Assembly (NCBI GenBank): GCA_018970605.1
Contig: JAGWWA010000001.1
Coordinates: forward strand, 57,742 to 121,741
DNA: 64,000 bases
Direction: 5' to 3'
From: Planctomycetota bacterium
GTDB taxonomy: Bacteria > Planctomycetota > Planctomycetia > Pirellulales > UBA1268
Below are positions 56,153 through 64,000 of the stretch, piece after piece (the stretch's first letter is position 1; each line of letters starts with the position of its first letter). The notes below the pieces were generated by a model that did no database searches, was not told the DNA's origin, and was given only the letters and a program-made list of their open reading frames with translations. The translations under genes were made by a program, and so were the position numbers.

Positions 56153-58498
56153 TCACTCGTCGTCGCGCTCCCGCGGGACCATCGGCGCAGCCGCCGGCAG
56201 ACCCCCCCCGCGCCTGATCCGGCCCTGCTCGAGCTGCGTCTTCCACCAGGCGATGCCGTCGGCGCGGAGCGTGTCGGGGCGATCGGCGCGATAGAGCGAA
56301 CGGTGCCGTGCGTCGGGCGGCACGATCTCGAGCAGTCGGCGAATCGCATATCGCCGCACCGCCAGGCTGCCGTCGCCGAGCGACTCGACGAGCAGCGCGG
56401 CGCCGCCCGCGGTGAGGTCGTCGTCGCTGAAGCCGCGGGCGCACGCCATCAGCGCGTCGGCCTTGCCCTCGGGGCCAGCCACCCGAAAGGCCTCGGCGAG
56501 CGCGGCTGCGGAGTTCTCGCCACGGGCGAGCGCCAGCGGCACCGCCAGCTGCTCCAGCATGGTCCACTGGGTCTCGGCGAGGGCGAGCGGCGGCTCTGCG
56601 GCGAGCAGGGCCACGAGTTCGCGGTAGTCACCGAGCAGCGCCATGGTCGCCGCCGCGATCATCCTGTTTTCCTTCCGGCGGTCGGCCGCCAGCCGGCGAA
56701 GCGGCTCGACCACATCCGCCTCCGGCTTGGCCGCCAGCGCGTCGGCCAGCGCCCTCGCGGCCGATTGCTCGATGCGGTCGCTCCCGGCTGACAAACGCAT
56801 CCACGCCGGCTCGTCGGCCGGCGGCACGAGCCTCGCTGCAGCGGGGTCGCGATCCTCCCAGGCAAGCCCCGCCCGCGGCGCCAGCAACACCTCGATCGGC
56901 AACCCCGGCAGCGGCGGCACCCCGCCATCGGCCGCCATCTGCCGCCAGACCTTCTCGGCGGCACCCGCATGCACCACCGCCCGCCGTGAAGGCAGCGACG
57001 CGACACCTGGGTCGCGATCGAGCAGCACCTCGATCCCCGCGGGCTGCCGCATCATGCCGGAGATCTCGCCGTTGAGCCCACCGGCCACCACGCGGATCCG
57101 CGCATCGGCCGCCTCGCCCGACACGACCGCGCGGCCAAACACGACTTCGAGTCGCGGTGTCCCGTCGGCGTCGCGGGTGAGCGTGGCCCGGGAACATGGC
57201 TCGAGCCGGATCGTCATTCCGCCGACCGCCAGCAACGGATGACACCACGGCGGAGCGATCAGGTCCTCGCGATCGGCCAGTGGCGCATCGGTGGGCAGGA
57301 GGAGCCAGCTGGCGGCACCGCCACCCTCGCCGCGATGCAACAGGGGGCCACCGGCGCGGACAGCCACTGGTACGGCCGCGTCATCACCTGCTGCGACGGC
57401 GGGTGGCACATCGGGCACTGCGGCAGGCGGCGATGCGGCCGCCACCAGCCCTGGTGGCGGTGCCGCCGCCACGATCGCCAACGCGTCGCCGCTCGGCACC
57501 CGCTGATCGACCGGCGCCGAGGCCGCTGCTGCGTCGGGGTCCGCTGCTGCTATGGGGTCCGCCGCCGCTATGGGGTCCGCCGCCGCTTCGGGAGCCGCCG
57601 CCGGCGTCGAAACCATCGCTGCAGGCTGCTCAAGCCCTGCGTCTGCGACAGGCACGCGCTCCGCCGCCGGCGTGGGTGGCTCGGCATCCTGCGCTGCCGC
57701 AGGCGGACGCGGTGCTCCCGAGACCGACGCATCCTGTTCTGGCTGTCCAGGGGCTGACGCGATCGGTTCGCCCGCGGCCTTGGACGCGACCTGCGGCGCC
57801 ACCGCTGCCGCAGCGGGCGGCACCTCGGCATCCTTCTCCGGCACTTTCCCCGGCGCTTCGACCGGTGTGACGGCGACCTCCTGCGGCTTCATCGGCCGCT
57901 TCGTGCCGCGCATGAGCGACCATACAAAGAACCCGCCGAGCACTGCCAGCAGGGCCAGCGCCGCAGCAGCCGACACCCATGCCGCCACTGGAGCGCGACG
58001 CCCCGGCGAGCGTGCCGGCGGCAGAGTCTTGACGGCGCTTGCCCGCGTCGAGCCGCGACCGCTTTCCGACACGGCCACCGCCACGGCCTCGATCGGGTCG
58101 AGCCGCCGGGTCGCCATGTCGAGGAGCTGGCGGCGGCGGGCGGCCGAGACCAGTTCGACTGCTGCAGGCTCGCGGGCCAGTTCGGCGAGCAGCTGATGGC
58201 ACGCTGCCACGTCGGCGAGATGGATGTCGGATTCCACGCACACCCGCTCGAATGCCTCGAGGCGGTCGGCGGCGAGCGTGTTGTCGAGAAACTCCGCGGC
58301 GGTGTTGGGATCATCGGCCAGACCGCGGCCCGCCGGAGGGGGCGCGGAGAGCGACTGCCGAGCGATCACGTCCCGCACCCGCTCCACGAGGGCCGGTGCC
58401 ACGCCGCTCGATTGCACTTTCTCCCCGAGTGCCGTCTGGTCTTCCGGGCTCAAAAGCCCATCGATCCATGCCAGCAGGGTTCTCACGGTCAATCGCAT
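56153..58498 (-). CDS. hypothetical single-pass membrane protein with an Ala/Pro-rich repeat linker and a HEAT-like C-terminal region
   Basis: AAGGAGG lies 9 nt upstream of the ATG at 58498, so the ATG at 58516 sits inside the SD. TM segment VAAWVSAAAALALLAVLGGFFVWSLM. Low-complexity AADPIAAADPIAAADPDAAAA. Confidence 0.6.
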   Translation of the reverse strand: MRLTVRTLLAWIDGLLSPEDQTALGEKVQSSGVAPALVERVRDVIARQSLSAPPPAGRGLADDPNTAAEFLDNTLAADRLEAFERVCVESDIHLADVAACHQLLAELAREPAAVELVSAARRRQLLDMATRRLDPIEAVAVAVSESGRGSTRASAVKTLPPARSPGRRAPVAAWVSAAAALALLAVLGGFFVWSLMRGTKRPMKPQEVAVTPVEAPGKVPEKDAEVPPAAAAVAPQVASKAAGEPIASAPGQPEQDASVSGAPRPPAAAQDAEPPTPAAERVPVADAGLEQPAAMVSTPAAAPEAAADPIAAADPIAAADPDAAAASAPVDQRVPSGDALAIVAAAPPPGLVAAASPPAAVPDVPPAVAAGDDAAVPVAVRAGGPLLHRGEGGGAASWLLLPTDAPLADREDLIAPPWCHPLLAVGGMTIRLEPCSRATLTRDADGTPRLEVVFGRAVVSGEAADARIRVVAGGLNGEISGMMRQPAGIEVLLDRDPGVASLPSRRAVVHAGAAEKVWRQMAADGGVPPLPGLPIEVLLAPRAGLAWEDRDPAAARLVPPADEPAWMRLSAGSDRIEQSAARALADALAAKPEADVVEPLRRLAADRRKENRMIAAATMALLGDYRELVALLAAEPPLALAETQWTMLEQLAVPLALARGENSAAALAEAFRVAGPEGKADALMACARGFSDDDLTAGGAALLVESLGDGSLAVRRYAIRRLLEIVPPDARHRSLYRADRPDTLRADGIAWWKTQLEQGRIRRGGGLPAAAPMVPRERDDE

Positions 58499-58554
58499 GG
58501 CAGGTGCCTCCTTCACAATAAAGAGTGGCGATTCGCGGCCGATTTCGTGCAGGT

Positions 58555-58572
58555 TTTTTCCGGCGGGAAAAA
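58555..58572. promoter_or_regulatory. palindrome TTTTTCC-GGCG-GGAAAAA in a divergent promoter region
   Basis: The core TTTCCGGCGGGAAA differs at one position from TTTCCGGCCGGAAA at 47921-47934. Confidence 0.3.
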
Positions 58573-58730
58573 CCGGCGTTCGGGGCGATCCGGGAAGACC
58601 CGGGCTCCGTAGTGGATAACGGCGTTCGGGTTGGGCATTTCAGGGTCGAGAACTAGAATTCCCCTGCTGGGTGATCCAGCGGGCGAGCGGTCGGCACGGA
58701 GGCACGGCGACCCTTCCAGGGTTCATTCAC

Positions 58731-59285
58731 ATGAACAGCCATCGTCGGCACCTGCTTCTCCGCCAGGCGGCGGGATACATCGAACTGGGTGAACTCCTTG
58801 CCGACGGCGACGCGCCGGTGCCGGAAAACGCCCGCAAACTCCTCCGCCGGGCTCTGGCGGAACTCGCGAATCTGCCCGACCCAAGCCGGTCAGGAACGGC
58901 GGCGAGCCTGCTCGAGGGTCGGGCTCTGCGGGCTCTCGGCGACTTCGAGGCGGCGATCCTGCCGCTCCGACGGGTGGCTGAGGCGGCGCCTGAGCAACTC
59001 GAGGCGTGGCTGGGCCTCGGCTGGTGCTACAAGCGGCTGGGACAGCTCGAAGAGGCCATCACCGCCCTCCGCAGCGGCCTCGAGGCCGCGCCCGGTCAGC
59101 CGCTCCTGCTCTATAACCTTGCCTGCTATCACTCGCTGGCTGGCGACGTGACAGCGGCGGTGGACCATCTCACCAAGGCGATCTCGATCGACGACCGGTT
59201 CCGCGACCTCACCGGCGCGGAGCGCGACTTCGATCCGATTCGCAGCGATCCGCGGTTCGTCGCCGTGACGCACGTGGTGGTGTGA
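58731..59285 (+). CDS. tetratricopeptide repeat protein
   Basis: TPR-like helices: LEAWLGLGWCYKRLGQLEEAITALRSGLEAAPGQPLLLYNLACYHSLAGDVTAAVDHLTKAI. Confidence 0.7.
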   Translation: MNSHRRHLLLRQAAGYIELGELLADGDAPVPENARKLLRRALAELANLPDPSRSGTAASLLEGRALRALGDFEAAILPLRRVAEAAPEQLEAWLGLGWCYKRLGQLEEAITALRSGLEAAPGQPLLLYNLACYHSLAGDVTAAVDHLTKAISIDDRFRDLTGAERDFDPIRSDPRFVAVTHVVV

Positions 59286-59354
59286 CCAACGGCCGCCGGA
59301 ATCCTCCGGCGGCAACTCCCGCCACGTGACTGCCGCCGCGAGGACGATTCCCGG

Positions 59355-60179
59355 ATGACGAGTTCCGCCCTCCAGGAAATCATCGCCCTGCTCGGCTGCC
59401 CCGCCGCCGGCAATCCCGCGCAGTACCTCTTCGAGCGGGCGATCGAGGCGGCGGAGCTTGACTGGCGATTCGTCACCTGCGACGTCGCCGAGGCCGATGT
59501 CGCCGAGGCCATCGCCGGTGTCCGGGTTCTCGGCCTTCGAGGCTGCCTGCTCTCCGGCCGGCTCCGATCCGCCGCCATGCCCCATGTCTCGATTACGAGT
59601 CCATCCGCGGCGTTCGCCGGCGCCATCAGCCTGATCGAGCGACGGCCCGACGGTCTCGCGGGCCACATGACCGACGGCCGTGGCATCGTGGAGGCGGTGC
59701 GGGCCCACGGCGATCCGACGGGCAAGGCCGCGTTCGTCATCGGTGCCGACGCCTGTGGCCGGGCGGCGGCGCTTGAACTCGCCCTCGCGGGCGCAGCGGC
59801 AATCGTCGTGGCCGATCCCCATGCAGCCGCCGCGGCGAGCCTGGTCGAGGCGCTCACGGCGGTCCACGGCACGCAGGCCTCGACGCTGGACTGGGCCGGG
59901 CAGCTGGCGGTGCCCGATCACGTGGGGATCGTGGTGCTGTGCCCCATTGCCACGACGCGAGTGTCGCCCGAATCGCTGCGGCCCGACCTGCTGGTGGCCG
60001 ACGCGACGCTCGCGGGCCAGCTGTCGGCGGCGGCCGCCCTGGCCGCCGACCGGGGCTGCTGCGTGGTCGATGGCATCGAGATCCACGCAGCCCAGACGGC
60101 GATCGAGTTTCACGCGCTCACCGGCGTCGAGCCCGATGCCGAGATGCTCCGCGAAGCGCTCGAAGAGTTTCTGAGCTGA
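59355..60179 (+). CDS. divergent shikimate dehydrogenase-family protein (tentative)
   Basis: Overall AroE-like layout: an N-terminal substrate domain, a TDGRG region reminiscent of NTDxxG, and a Rossmann-like FVIGADACGRAAALELALAGA. The canonical NVTxPxK motif is missing. Confidence 0.45.
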   Translation: MTSSALQEIIALLGCPAAGNPAQYLFERAIEAAELDWRFVTCDVAEADVAEAIAGVRVLGLRGCLLSGRLRSAAMPHVSITSPSAAFAGAISLIERRPDGLAGHMTDGRGIVEAVRAHGDPTGKAAFVIGADACGRAAALELALAGAAAIVVADPHAAAAASLVEALTAVHGTQASTLDWAGQLAVPDHVGIVVLCPIATTRVSPESLRPDLLVADATLAGQLSAAAALAADRGCCVVDGIEIHAAQTAIEFHALTGVEPDAEMLREALEEFLS

Positions 60180-60256
60180 GGCACTTTCGTAGCACCGGTT
60201 TTCAACCTCAGTGTTCCCGCTCGCGTGGCAGCGTGGGAAACGCTGTCTCCACCAGG

Positions 60257-60351
60257 AAGCCCCGAGCGCGAGCGAGGGGATGGATCGCGACGAATAGGAA
60301 GCGACCATTGCCGATCGACAGAGCCCATCCCCTCGCTCGCGCTCGGGGCTT
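60257..60351 (+). terminator. perfect 27-bp inverted repeat (41-nt spacer) followed by a T-run; related to the family A repeat core
   Basis: aagccccgagcgcgagcgaggggatgg (60257-60283) pairs with ccatcccctcgctcgcgctcggggctt (60325-60351), followed by tttt. It lies between two convergent genes. Confidence 0.6.
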
Positions 60352-60368
60352 TTTGGAAGCGATCGCCT

Positions 60369-61379
60369 TCAGCCGGCGGCGCCGAGCCGGTCGATGCGAC
60401 GGATCAGGGCTGCAGCGCTTGTTCGCACATCGGCCACGGGGTCGCTGCCGAGCGCCGTGATGAGTTTCGCAACGGCGGCGGGGGGCGGGCGTTTCGTGGC
60501 ATCCACGAGCAAGCCCACGCCCTTGATCGCATTGACCACGATCATCGCCCGGCGGTACCGCTCGGCCTGCCCCTTCGGATCGCCAGCAGCGGGCACGGCG
60601 TCGGGCAGTGCGAGCATCTCTTCGATGGTCTGCCAGGCGGCCTCGTCTCCCTGCCGGGCCAGGCCGATCGCAGCGTTGTAGCGAACGTCGTCGCCGCCGT
60701 CGTCAACGAGTTGCCGGAGCCGCTCGATGGCAGGCGCACCTCCGAGCACGCCGAGCGTGTAGGCAGCCGATGACCGCAGCGACACGCCCTCGCTCGCCGA
60801 TGCCTTCAGGACGGCGGCGGCCACGGCAGCGGGGTCGTCGAAGCTCTTGCCCGCGGCGGTGAGATTGGCCGAGAGCACGGCGATCGCCTCCACGGCCGCC
60901 TGCGCGGTCTGCGGATCGTTGGCGTCGCCCGCCCGCTTCATCAGCGGCACGGCCGCCTCCGGCACGGCAAACTCCCCGAGCGCACGGCAGAGATAGTTGC
61001 ACAGCGTCTTTGCCTGCTCGGCCGCGTTGCCACTGCCACTGGTGCGGCCGCTGGCCATCTCGTCATCGAGGATGCCGGCGAGGTCGCCGGCCAGTTTCGC
61101 GTCGCTCTTCAGGGCCGCGCCGCCCGGCCCGCGAAGATCGTTGGCGAAGTTGAGCGCCACCTGCCAGCGGCCCTCGTTGTTGCGGCGAAGGGCGCGGACG
61201 TAGCTCTCCGGGTCGTTACCCATCTGGGCGAGCCAGTAGAATCCCCAGACGACGAACAGCCCGCACGACACGATCGTGAGCGGCACCACGAACAGCTGCA
61301 CCAGAAATCCCGCGTTGGGCGGCTCGACAGGAGGCAGAGCATCGTCGGGCCGGATGCCGTGGCGGGGTTGTTCGTTCAT
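60369..61379 (-). CDS. HEAT repeat-containing membrane-anchored protein
   Basis: N-terminal TM FLVQLFVVPLTIVSCGLFVVWGFYWL. HEAT/PBS-lyase-like repeats: SSAAYTLGVLGGAPAIERLRQLVDDGGDDVRYNAAIGLARQGDEAA. Confidence 0.65.
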   Translation of the reverse strand: MNEQPRHGIRPDDALPPVEPPNAGFLVQLFVVPLTIVSCGLFVVWGFYWLAQMGNDPESYVRALRRNNEGRWQVALNFANDLRGPGGAALKSDAKLAGDLAGILDDEMASGRTSGSGNAAEQAKTLCNYLCRALGEFAVPEAAVPLMKRAGDANDPQTAQAAVEAIAVLSANLTAAGKSFDDPAAVAAAVLKASASEGVSLRSSAAYTLGVLGGAPAIERLRQLVDDGGDDVRYNAAIGLARQGDEAAWQTIEEMLALPDAVPAAGDPKGQAERYRRAMIVVNAIKGVGLLVDATKRPPPAAVAKLITALGSDPVADVRTSAAALIRRIDRLGAAG

Positions 61380-61404
61380 GCGTGAAGTCTAGGAGGCACG
61401 GAAA

Positions 61405-62163
61405 GTGAGTCAACGTCTCGTCGCGGACGGCCCCGCCCGCTGGCTCGACGTGGTGCTGCCATCCGTGGCCGAAAACCTCGCCCTCGACGAGGCGCTCCTG
61501 GCCGAGGCGCACGACGGGATGTTTGCCGGCGTGGTGGTCCGCACCTGGATGGCCCACGAGCCCGCGGTGGTGCTGGGCTCGTCGAGCCAGGTATCGCAGG
61601 AGATCGATCTCGCCGCCTGCGAAGCGGAAGGGGTGGCGATCGTGCGGCGACCGAGCGGCGGGCTCACCGTCGTGGTCGGCCCCGGCTGCTTGATGTGGAC
61701 CGTGGTCATGACATGGCCCGGGCCGACCCCTGCCATCGACCACGTGCACGCGGCGGTGCTCGACCCGCTCGCGGCTTCGCTGCGCGGTGCAGGCCGAGCG
61801 GTGGTGCGACGAGGATCGAGCGATCTGGCGATCGACGCCTCGGGCGAGCTTCGCAAGGTGTCGGGCAACGCGCTCCGCGTGCGGCGACAGGCGATCCTCT
61901 ATCACGGCACGCTGCTCGACGACTTCGATCTCGGCCTCGTGTCGCGGGTGCTCAGGCATCCCCCGCGAGAGCCCGAGTATCGCGCGGGCCGCGACCACGG
62001 CTCTTTCCTCGCCAACCTCGGCCTCGGCCGCGAACCGCTCGAAGCGGCGGTGCGCGACGCGTTTGCCGCCGCGGAGCAGCGGCACGACTGGCCAAAAGAT
62101 CGCGTCGTGGAACTCGTGCGGGATCGGTATCGCGACATCGCCTGGACGCACCGGCTGCCTTAG
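61405..62163 (+). CDS. lipoate-protein ligase / BPL-LplA-LipB family protein
   Basis: ENLALDEALL, PAVVLGSSS, RRPSGGLTVVVGPGCL, KVSGNALRVRRQAILYHGTLL. GTG start with AGGAGG 8 nt upstream. Confidence 0.75.
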   Translation: MSQRLVADGPARWLDVVLPSVAENLALDEALLAEAHDGMFAGVVVRTWMAHEPAVVLGSSSQVSQEIDLAACEAEGVAIVRRPSGGLTVVVGPGCLMWTVVMTWPGPTPAIDHVHAAVLDPLAASLRGAGRAVVRRGSSDLAIDASGELRKVSGNALRVRRQAILYHGTLLDDFDLGLVSRVLRHPPREPEYRAGRDHGSFLANLGLGREPLEAAVRDAFAAAEQRHDWPKDRVVELVRDRYRDIAWTHRLP

Positions 62164-62415
62164 CGACGGCGCGGACTGCGGCAAGCGGGCAGGCTGGGCT
62201 GACCGCGACGGACATGCGGAATGGGCAGTGGTCGATTTCCAGGGTGATCGCGGGGAGCCGGGGCGGCCGATTCTCACTTGCGGTGGCGGGTCGTGAGGCC
62301 GTGCGGGAACTCCCGGCGGCAAACCAGCCTATCGTCGGCGGCAACGCCCCGTTAGGTTTCCCGGCCCGATCGACAGGAGGTCGATTCGACAGCCCGCAAC
62401 AGGAGGTTGCCTTCC

Positions 62416-62685
62416 ATGCGTCTGCACATGAATGCCGCGGATGTCCGTGGCCTTGTTTCCCGCCACTTCCTCAAACTCGGGGCCGATGGCGCCGACGTCG
62501 AGGACCTGCAGGAAAACATCCGCATCGACCGCGGTCGCTGCGTGGCCCGGTGCTATCGCGTGGCCGAGATGTTTGCCATGTGGATGATCGATGTCGGCGT
62601 CCTCCAGTTCTACGACGCCGACGGCGAGATGCTGCACACGGTGAACCTGTTCACGGAACTGCAGCCCCAGCGGGTCGCCGCCTGA
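62416..62685 (+). CDS. hypothetical small protein (89 aa)
   Basis: AGGAGG lies 9 nt upstream of the ATG at 62416. The codon bias looks coding. No family recognised. Confidence 0.5.
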   Translation: MRLHMNAADVRGLVSRHFLKLGADGADVEDLQENIRIDRGRCVARCYRVAEMFAMWMIDVGVLQFYDADGEMLHTVNLFTELQPQRVAA

Positions 62686-62776
62686 TCGAGGCGGGCTGAC
62701 ACGCGGGGGTAGCGAGTATCGCGGCCGATCCGGGGGGATCGTCTGCGCGGACGGTAGGGGAACGGAGCGGGGGATC

Positions 62777-63784
62777 ATGGCGATACAGCGTCAGTCCGGC
62801 GGTTCGCGTCGGCTCTCGGTGGTGGTCCCCGTGACCAACGTGACCGGGCTCGAGGAGACGCTCGTCAGCGTCCTCGAACACCGTCCCGACAACACCGAAA
62901 TCGTGGTGGCGCTCGGGGCTGCCTACGACGACCCATGGAACATCCGCGAGGAGGTGACGTTCGTCGATGCGGCGCAGGGCTCGGGCCTCGTCGGCTGCGT
63001 GACCGCCGGCATGGCCGCGGCCGGCGGCGACGTGATCCACATCCTGGCCGCAGGCTGGCAGGCGACCGAAGGCTGGGCCACTGCGGCGCTCAGGCATTTC
63101 GCGCAGCCGAACGTCGCGGCGGTGGTGCCGCTGGCGGTGGCCGAGGCCGATCACGAGCAGCCGGTATCAGCGGGCATCCGCCGGACCGCCGGTGGGCGGA
63201 GTGCGACCGTCGTGCCGCGGCGGAAGGCCGGCGGCATCGTGACGGGGGCACTGCCCTCGGCCCCGCTGCTCGAAGCTGGCTTCTGGCGAGCCGACGTGAT
63301 TCGCGAGATCGGTCTCTCGACCGCCTGCGGCGACGCGCTCGCCGCGGCCGACCTGGCGGCCGGACTCACCGCCTCCAAGGTCGACGTAGTGCTCGAGCCC
63401 GATTCGCGGATCGTCAGCGGACCTCCGCAGCAGCGACGGAGTCCATTCGTGGCGGGCCTGCACGCGGAGCGTCTCTTCTGGCGTTCGCTGTCGTGCGAGC
63501 GGGCCGTGCCCGCGCTGGTCGCCCATGGTGGCGAGGTGCTGCGGCATGCGGCGCTGACCGCGCCTTTTGGCACGTTCGCGATGCTCGCAGGCCGGCTCAC
63601 GGCGCTGGTGCAGTTTGGCTCGTGCTTCGGCCGCACCATGCAGCTCCGGGCCTTGATGCGCGAGGCCGCGACCCGCGACGCGGAGGGCGACTCGTCGGCA
63701 CGCACCTACCGGATCGACGAATCGCACGAGGTGTCGCGGCCGCACATCAACCAACCGGCCCGGGAACTCAAGCGGTCGGCGTGA
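62777..63784 (+). CDS. glycosyltransferase family 2-like protein (tentative)
   Basis: LSVVVPVTNVTGLEETLVSVLEHRPDNTEIVV resembles the GT2 N-terminus, but the DxD region is not canonical. Confidence 0.45.
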   Translation: MAIQRQSGGSRRLSVVVPVTNVTGLEETLVSVLEHRPDNTEIVVALGAAYDDPWNIREEVTFVDAAQGSGLVGCVTAGMAAAGGDVIHILAAGWQATEGWATAALRHFAQPNVAAVVPLAVAEADHEQPVSAGIRRTAGGRSATVVPRRKAGGIVTGALPSAPLLEAGFWRADVIREIGLSTACGDALAAADLAAGLTASKVDVVLEPDSRIVSGPPQQRRSPFVAGLHAERLFWRSLSCERAVPALVAHGGEVLRHAALTAPFGTFAMLAGRLTALVQFGSCFGRTMQLRALMREAATRDAEGDSSARTYRIDESHEVSRPHINQPARELKRSA

Positions 63785-63877
63785 TCGCAGCTGGCGGCCC
63801 GTCTGTCGTGGTGCGGCCCATGAAACGCCGCTGCTTTCTCGGCGGTGGGGATGCTGCTAGACTGCCACAAGTTAGCT

Positions 63878-63951
<74 letters not shown>

Positions 63952-64000
63952 TTTCGGTTCTCACGCAGCACAGGTTTTCAAGTAGCACAGGTTGTCAACC

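Noticed and set aside
57540-57600. An 18-nt tandem repeat (tatggggtccgccgccgc-like), considered as a possible CRISPR or VNTR.
   Set aside because: It has only about three units and no spacers, and it lies in-frame within the Ala/Pro-rich linker of the 782-aa protein. It is a coding low-complexity repeat.

Overview
The window is high in G+C, roughly two-thirds by eye, and is densely coding. It looks like planctomycete chromosome. The pointers are a DUF1559 protein with a prepilin-type N-terminal methylation motif, giant autotransporter-associated beta-strand-repeat proteins ending in dockerin-like repeats plus PEP-CTERM anchors, and several palindromic intergenic repeat families.

I call about 48 CDS and 2 tRNAs (His-GTG, Arg-CCG). 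I found no rRNA, CRISPR array, transposase or prophage genes.

Housekeeping genes:
- lysA, dprA, infA, tex, rarA, dtd, rplU, glpD and rng.
- prfB with its classic CTT-TGA-C +1 frameshift.
- A nitrogen-type PTS cluster, hpf-ptsN-ptsH-ptsI.
- A UbiD-family decarboxylase.

Regions most worth a second look:
1. A same-strand seven-gene cluster at 15.2-22.8 kb. It starts with a PspA/IM30 (ESCRT-III-fold) gene directly followed by a spastin/Vps4-like classic AAA+ ATPase. It continues into an ABC importer whose binding protein is fused to an OmpA domain, and ends with a 2-TM coiled-coil protein.
2. A complete but orphan Topo VI subunit A (Spo11-like) gene with no B subunit in the window, bracketed by inverted 91-bp repeats.
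3. A 19-kb cell-surface locus at 22.8-41.7 kb. It holds two ~1,800-1,950-aa PEP-CTERM proteins (one with an N-terminal GH128-like catalytic core), a shorter paralogue, a glycoside hydrolase, DUF1559 plus a lipoprotein, and a split NarL-type two-component pair. A conserved ~40-bp block containing the palindrome TTAGCC-N4-GGCTAA sits exactly 109 nt upstream of two paralogous genes.
4. At least three families of palindromic REP/MITE-like repeats concentrated at gene 3' ends.

All domain calls come from motif recognition by eye. No database search was run. Many long antisense ORFs in the track are high-GC artefacts.
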